Position numbers and translations under genes: made by a program. Source: an uncultured cyanobacterium (GTDB lineage Bacteria; Cyanobacteriota; Cyanobacteriia; PCC-6307; Cyanobiaceae). From it: a DNA stretch of 64,000 nt. Position 1 is the stretch's first letter, and each line of letters begins with the position of its first letter. Location: positions 320,001 through 384,000 of the forward strand of contig CAVXWZ010000001.1 of assembly GCA_963765575.1 (NCBI GenBank). The letters run 5' to 3'. Below are positions 59,213 to 64,000 of this stretch, piece by piece. The notes under the pieces were generated by a model. The model saw only the letters and a list, made by a program, of their open reading frames with translations. It did not search any database and was not told the origin of the DNA.

Positions 59213-60269
59213 GGCCGGGGCCGAAGGCCAGGGCCAGCCAGGGTCCGCTGATGCCCCGGCGGCGTAGCCGCTCAAGGATGAACAGGATCGTTGCCGACGA
59301 CATGTTGCCGTGCTCGTGCAGCACGCCCTGCGACTCGGCGATCTGCTCCGGCGCCAGGCCGAGCGCATCGGCGCTGGCCTGAAGGATGCGCGGGCCGCCG
59401 GGGTGCAGGGCCCAGGCGGCGATGGCGCCCAGCTCCAGGTTGCGCTCCCGCAGCCAGTCCTCCAGCCAGGGGCGCAGCTGGGCGGCGACCGCCGCCGGCA
59501 CCTTGGGCGAGAGGCCCATGGCGAAGCCGTGGTCGCCGATCCGCCACGACATCAGCTCGGCGGTGCCCGGAATCACGGTGGAGCCGGAGGCCAGCACCCG
59601 CAGCGCCGGCCGCTGCTCCGGCCGCAGCAGCGGTGGCCACCAGGGCGGCGGCACCGTCGGCGAAGAGGGCATTGGCCACCACCTTCTCGGGGTCCCAGCC
59701 GTAGTGCAGGTGCAGGCTGCAGAGCTCCACCGAGCAGAGCAGCACACAGGCGCTGGGGTCGGCTTCCACGAAGGCCCGCGCCACCCGCAGCCCGTTGAGC
59801 GACGCCGTGGCAGCCCATGAAACCCACCTGGGTGCGCTCCACCCCGGGCGGCAGGGGCAGCTGCTGGACCAGGTGGAGGTCGAAGCCCGGTGCCTCGAAA
59901 CCGGTGCAGCTCACCGTCACCAGGTGGGTGATGCGCTCCGGCGGCAGCTCGGCATCGGCCAGGGCCCGGCGCGCCGCCGCCAGGGCCAGGGGTCCGGCAT
60001 GGCGGGCTGAAACGCTGCATGCGCTCGGCGGTGGAGGGATTGTGCTCGCCGTAAAAGGGCAGGCGGGCCGCGATCGGCTGCTCCGGCTCACCGCTCTCCA
60101 GCAGCACGCTGTGGCGGGTGTGCACCTTGGTGCGCCGCTGGATGCGCTCCAGCAGGGCGAAGCGCTCGGGGCTGTCGGCGATCAAGAGCCGGGCCAGGGC
60201 CACGGCGTCGTTTTGATTGGCCCTGTAGTCGGGCACGGCGGTGCCGATGCCACGGATGGTCAGCGGCAT
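59178..60269 (-). CDS. Type III polyketide synthase (three +1 frameshifts)
   Basis: GIGTAVP; VTVSCTG and FMGCHG (catalytic Cys) in frame 2; VELCSLH and LFADGAAA in frame 3; HPGG, GNMSSAT and AFGPG in frame 1. Confidence 0.88.
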   Translation of the reverse strand: MPLTIRGIGTAVPDYRANQNDAVALARLLIADSPERFALLERIQRRTKVHTRHSVLLESGEPEQPIAARLPFYGEHNPSTAERMQRFSPPCRTPGPGGGAPGPGRCRAAAGAHHPPGDGELHRFRGTGLRPPPGPAAAPAARGGAHPGGFHGLPRRRSTGCGWRGPSWKPTPAPVCCSARWSSAACTCTTAGTPRRWWPMPSSPTVPPPWWPPLLRPEQRPALRVLASGSTVIPGTAELMSWRIGDHGFAMGLSPKVPAAVAAQLRPWLEDWLRERNLELGAIAAWALHPGGPRILQASADALGLAPEQIAESQGVLHEHGNMSSATILFILERLRRRGISGPWLALAFGPGLTVEAALLQHP

Positions 60270-61450
60270 GGCAGGGCCTCGGCGCTGGCGGCGGGCGGCT
60301 GGTTGAGCTGGCGGATCAGCCGCCGGGGCAGGGGCGGCCAGCGGCTGGCCAGCTGGAACAGGGCGTTGGCGGCGGGGGGGCGGCGCAGCACGGCGGCGAC
60401 GCCGCGGCAGAGCCGCTGGCGGCGGCCGATGCGGCGCCGGTGGAGGCGCGTCCACTGGCGCTCCAGGGCTGGATCCCAGCGCTGCACGCCCTGCAGCACC
60501 AGCGGGGTGGCGGCGGCGGCGGCACTGAGGGCCCAGCCCATCCCCTCGCCGGTGAAGGGCTCCACGTAGCCGGCCGCATCGCCGAGCACCAGGAAGCGCT
60601 CCCCCGCCAGGGCCGTGGCCCTGCGGCTGAGGGCCGGCGTGCACTGCCAGGCGCCGGCGGCCAGGTTGTCGGGGCTGGCAAATCCGGCCTGCTCCAGCAC
60701 CACCGCGGCGGCGGCGGCAGGCCCGCCGGCGGCCGCCAGCAGGTCGCGATCGAAGGCGGCGGCCAGATCCAGGCGGCCGTCCTCCAGCCGCACCAGGCCC
60801 ACGTAGCCCTGGCGGCCCACGGCCATGTGGATGCAGCCCGCTGGGTAGCCGCAGCTGCTGGCGGGAAGCACGCAGCCCGCCCCCAGGCGTGAGCGCGGCT
60901 GGATGCGCACATCGGCGCCGGGCACAGCCTCAAGGCAGCGGTGGGCCAGCCCCGCCGCCACCAGCACCACGGCGGCGCCCACCGTCTGGGGCTGCTGTCC
61001 GTTGCTCTTGAGCTGCACGCTGCGCCCGTGGGCCTGCACCGGCCCCAGCCGGGCGGTGGTGCCGCTGCGCACGTGGGCACCGGCGGCGATCGCGGCCTCC
61101 AGCAGGGCCTGATCGAAGCGTTCCCGCGACAGGGCCCGACCCTCGCTGAGCGGGAAGCTGGCCTGGCGGCCGCCCAGCCCCACCTGGATGCGATCCAGCG
61201 GCACCCCGCCCTGGCCCTCAATCAGACCGTCCAGATCCATGGCGGCGAGCACCGCCCGGGCCTGGCCGTTGAGACAGCAGCCGCACACCTTCCAACGCGG
61301 CAGGCGGCGCTTCTCCACCAACAGCACCTGCAGGCCGCGGCGGGCCAGGTCGAAGGCCGCCAAGGCTCCGGCCGGACCGGCACCCACCACCACGACGTCC
61401 CAGTCCTGAGCTGGCCAGTGTTGATCAGGGTCGCCGCTGCTGGACCCCAT
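60260..61450 (-). CDS. NAD(P)/FAD-dependent oxidoreductase (geranylgeranyl reductase/monooxygenase-like)
   Basis: VVGAGPAG, KVCGCC, RERFD, GDAAGYVEPFTGEGM. Confidence 0.85.
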   Translation of the reverse strand: MGSSSGDPDQHWPAQDWDVVVVGAGPAGALAAFDLARRGLQVLLVEKRRLPRWKVCGCCLNGQARAVLAAMDLDGLIEGQGGVPLDRIQVGLGGRQASFPLSEGRALSRERFDQALLEAAIAAGAHVRSGTTARLGPVQAHGRSVQLKSNGQQPQTVGAAVVLVAAGLAHRCLEAVPGADVRIQPRSRLGAGCVLPASSCGYPAGCIHMAVGRQGYVGLVRLEDGRLDLAAAFDRDLLAAAGGPAAAAAVVLEQAGFASPDNLAAGAWQCTPALSRRATALAGERFLVLGDAAGYVEPFTGEGMGWALSAAAAATPLVLQGVQRWDPALERQWTRLHRRRIGRRQRLCRGVAAVLRRPPAANALFQLASRWPPLPRRLIRQLNQPPAASAEALPCR

Positions 61451-61451
61451 C

Positions 61452-62186
61452 TCAATCCCGGCTCCAGCGCAGAAGGTAACGCTCGGGCCAGCAGCGGCGC
61501 AGCTCGGCGCCCGCCAGCCCGGCCCGCTCGGCCATGGCGGCCACCTCGGCCAGCTGGAATGCCCCCCGCACCGACAGCGGTCCATCGATGTGGACCACCG
61601 GCGATCGGCTCAGCAGCCGCGTGCCGCTCCAGGCCAGGGCGAAGCCCAGGGGACTGCGGATGAGGTCGTTGACCAGCACCAGCCGGCGAGCGCGCTGGGC
61701 CATCAGCGCCAGCAGGCGCTCGGCGTCGGCGTTGTCGAGGTGGTGCAGAAACAGGGAGGTGAGCACCACGTCATAGCCCTCGGGGCTGGCGGCCCCGGGG
61801 CCCAGGGGCCAGGACTCGGCGAGGGCATCGGCGGCGAAGAAGCGCACCGGGGCGCCGCGGCGGCGGGCGTTGGCGGCGGCGATCGACACCGCCTCGGGGT
61901 TGAGGTCGCAGCCCTCGAGGATCAGGGGGATGGCGCTGCGCTGGGCCATCAGGGCCAGATCGATGGCGGTGTCGCCGCCGCCGCAGGCCAGGTCGAGCAC
62001 CCGCAATGGTTGGCCGGGCTGGCTGGCGGCCAGCTCCCGGATCGGCGCCATCAGGCTGGCCGAGCAGCGGCTGATGGCATTGATGCGCCGCAGGCCCGCC
62101 AGGGCCCGTTCGTGCTCAGCGGGATCCAGCCCCGGCTGATCCATCAGTTCCGGCAGGCGCTGCCGCGTCGCCAGCGGGATCGGCAT
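61452..62186 (-). CDS. SAM-dependent methyltransferase
   Basis: ELMD, VLDLACGGGD, SLFLHH, VNDLIR, DGPLSV. Confidence 0.85.
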   Translation of the reverse strand: MPIPLATRQRLPELMDQPGLDPAEHERALAGLRRINAISRCSASLMAPIRELAASQPGQPLRVLDLACGGGDTAIDLALMAQRSAIPLILEGCDLNPEAVSIAAANARRRGAPVRFFAADALAESWPLGPGAASPEGYDVVLTSLFLHHLDNADAERLLALMAQRARRLVLVNDLIRSPLGFALAWSGTRLLSRSPVVHIDGPLSVRGAFQLAEVAAMAERAGLAGAELRRCWPERYLLRWSRD

Positions 62187-63224
62187 GGCTGGGGTGGGGC
62201 GGCGTGGATGGGTCCATGGTGGCGCGCTCCGCGGCGAAGCCGCCCTCCAGGGGTGAGGCGCTGAGGCCCTCCACCTCCTGGAGGTAGCGGGCCAGGCCGT
62301 CGCTGTGGCCGTGGGTCACATACACCTGGCTGGCGCCGGTGTCGCGCACGCTGCGGATCAGGCCAGGCCAGTCGGCGTGGTCGCTCATCACGAAGCCGCG
62401 CTCGTAGCCGCGTCGGCGCCGGGCGCCGCGCACCGCCATCCAGCCGCTCACAAAGGCCGTCTGGGGCAGCTTGAAGCGCTTCATCCAGGCCGAGCGGTGG
62501 GCGGAGGGGGGCGCGATCACCAGCCGGCCCGCGAGCGATTCCCCCTTCGCCAGGGCGCTCAGCGGCCGGGTGGGCGGCATCGCCACACCGGCCTGGCGGT
62601 AGGCCGGCATCAGGGCCTCCACGGCGCCGTGCAGCAGCACCTCCTCCACCACGCCGATGGCGTGCAGTTCGGCCAGCAGCCGCTGGGCCTTGCCGAAGGC
62701 ATAGGCGAACAGCAGCGAGGGCCGCTCCGGTGCCGCCTGCCACCAATCGCGGATCTGGGCGGCCACTGCGGCGCCGCTCTGCCAGCGGTAGATCGGCAGC
62801 CCGAAGGTGGCTTCGGTGATGAACACATCCGCCTGCACCGGCTCGAAGGGGGCGCAGCTGGGGTCGGCGCAGCGCTTGTAGTCGCCGCTCACCAGCCAGC
62901 TCTCGCCGCCCGCCTCCAGGCGGATCTGGGCGGAGCCGAGCACGTGGCCGGCGCTGTGGAACGACACCCGCGCGTCGCCGATGCGCAGCCGCTCGCCGTA
63001 GGCCACCGGCAGCAGCTTGATCGTGGCCCCGAGGCGCTGGCGCAGGATCGGCTCGCTGGCGTCGATCGCCCAGTATTCGCCGCAGCCCGGCCGGGCGTGG
63101 TCGGCGTGGGCGTGGGTGATCAGGGCGCGGGGCACCGGCCGCCAGGGGTCAATCCAGGCCGCCGCCGCCGGGCAATAGAGCCCTTGGGGGGTGAGCTGCA
63201 GCAGGGCGCCGGGGGGCAGGGCAC
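62116..63224 (-). CDS. Ligase-associated DNA damage response exonuclease (MBL/beta-CASP fold); start uncertain
   Basis: GLYCP..WIDPWRPV in frame upstream of the ORF-track start; THAHADH, AGHVLGS, SGDYK, EATFG, GKAQR, SDHADW, VTHG. Confidence 0.88.
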
Positions 63225-63603
63225 TGGGGGGCTGGGCCGTGGATGCGGCGGTGGGTCGGTGCGCTGAGCTTTCCAGCTGGACGGGTGCCGGGATGCCGAT
63301 GTCGTTGTAGCGGCTGGCGGGAGAGAACCACTGGCTCCCCTTGCCTCAGGGGCCGCCGCCAGCAGCTGCTTCGCGGATGCAGAAGCTGAACGCTCTGTGG
63401 CTTGTGGGCCGGGAGGTCGCCCGCTAGTTCCTGCTGGTCTGGGGATACCAGCTCCATCTCAGCCAGGCATTGTTCGCCCTTGGAGCACTGCTTGGCCCTG
63501 GTCTGCTCGTCAGCGGAAGTGTCGCCCCATACAGCCCGATGTCGTGGGGTAGTCCAGCGGCTGAGGCTGGATCCCCTGCCAAGCACGCTGCCCGCCATGG
63601 TGG

Positions 63604-64000
63604 ATGGATGCTGCCCTGGGTGTGGTGACTGCAGACAACGAGCCCGGGTCCCCCAGCGTCGGCGGCGGTTGGCCGGTGATCGACGGCTGGGCCAGGGCCA
63701 CCCTCTCGCCGAAGGGCCCCCTGCTCTGGCAGACCCTGCTGCACAAGAGCGCCTGCCTCTCCTGCGCCTGGGGCACCGGCGGCCAGAACGGCGGCTTCCG
63801 CGACGAGCTGGGCGAGCCCCTGCAGCGCTGCCTCAAGAGCGTGGAGGCGATCAGCGCCGAACTGCAGCCGGCGGTGCCGGAATCGGTGTTCTCGGGCCGC
63901 AGCATCGGCGCGCTGCAACAGCTCAGCTCGCTGGAGGCCGACCGCCTCGGCCGCCTCAGCCACCCCTTGATCCTGCGCGAGGGCCGCAGCCACTACGAAC
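63604..64000 (+). CDS. FdhF/YdeP-family molybdopterin oxidoreductase, 5' part (runs off the window end)
   Basis: Manual translation: GGGWPVIDGW...HKSACLSCAWG..QRCLKSVEA..LGRLSHP. Confidence 0.78.
   Translation, partial: MDAALGVVTADNEPGSPSVGGGWPVIDGWARATLSPKGPLLWQTLLHKSACLSCAWGTGGQNGGFRDELGEPLQRCLKSVEAISAELQPAVPESVFSGRSIGALQQLSSLEADRLGRLSHPLILREGRSHYE

Noticed and set aside
63240..63600. Possible gene or gene remnant between the exonuclease and the FdhF-like gene (ORF 63149..63598)
   Set aside because: No recognisable motif, atypical composition and overlap with the exonuclease 5' end; it cannot be supported without a search.

Overview
Very GC-rich window from a picocyanobacterium of the Cyanobium/Synechococcus alpha-cyanobacterial type (proteobacterial-type prk, fbaA, OCP-crtW-FRP, ycf55-like gene). 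About 1-27 kb is core genome: ClC, recJ, rpmF, ftsH, thrC-like/moaD, UPF0182, fbaA, accD, pilD, prk, leuB, lpxD, proB, yqeG, ruvX, PIN-PhoH. About 27.3-37.2 kb is a nitrogen-scavenging block. It begins with an integron-integrase relic. It contains an uncharacterised three-gene operon (MocD-like di-iron desaturase, MetX-fold serine hydrolase, GlnT/GmaS-like ligase) placed directly downstream of a guanidine-I riboswitch-controlled gdmH-hypA-hypB-ABC operon. Both operons have NtcA-like boxes at canonical promoter spacing. About 45-63 kb holds all four genes of the ligase-associated DNA-repair module (exonuclease, ATP-dependent ligase, Lhr-core helicase, PdeM). They are split by three cargo blocks: a methyltransferase/FAD-oxidoreductase/type III PKS cassette plus a beta-propeller gene, the ocp-crtW-frp operon, and a GST / AAA+-polyferredoxin / 26-aa peptide / GGDEF block. 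Six clear single-base frameshifts (thrC-like, fumC, the beta-propeller gene, three in the PKS) and two probable ones suggest indel errors in the assembly rather than real decay. No rRNA, tRNA, CRISPR array or intact transposase was seen. All family assignments come from motif recognition by eye; no database searches were run.
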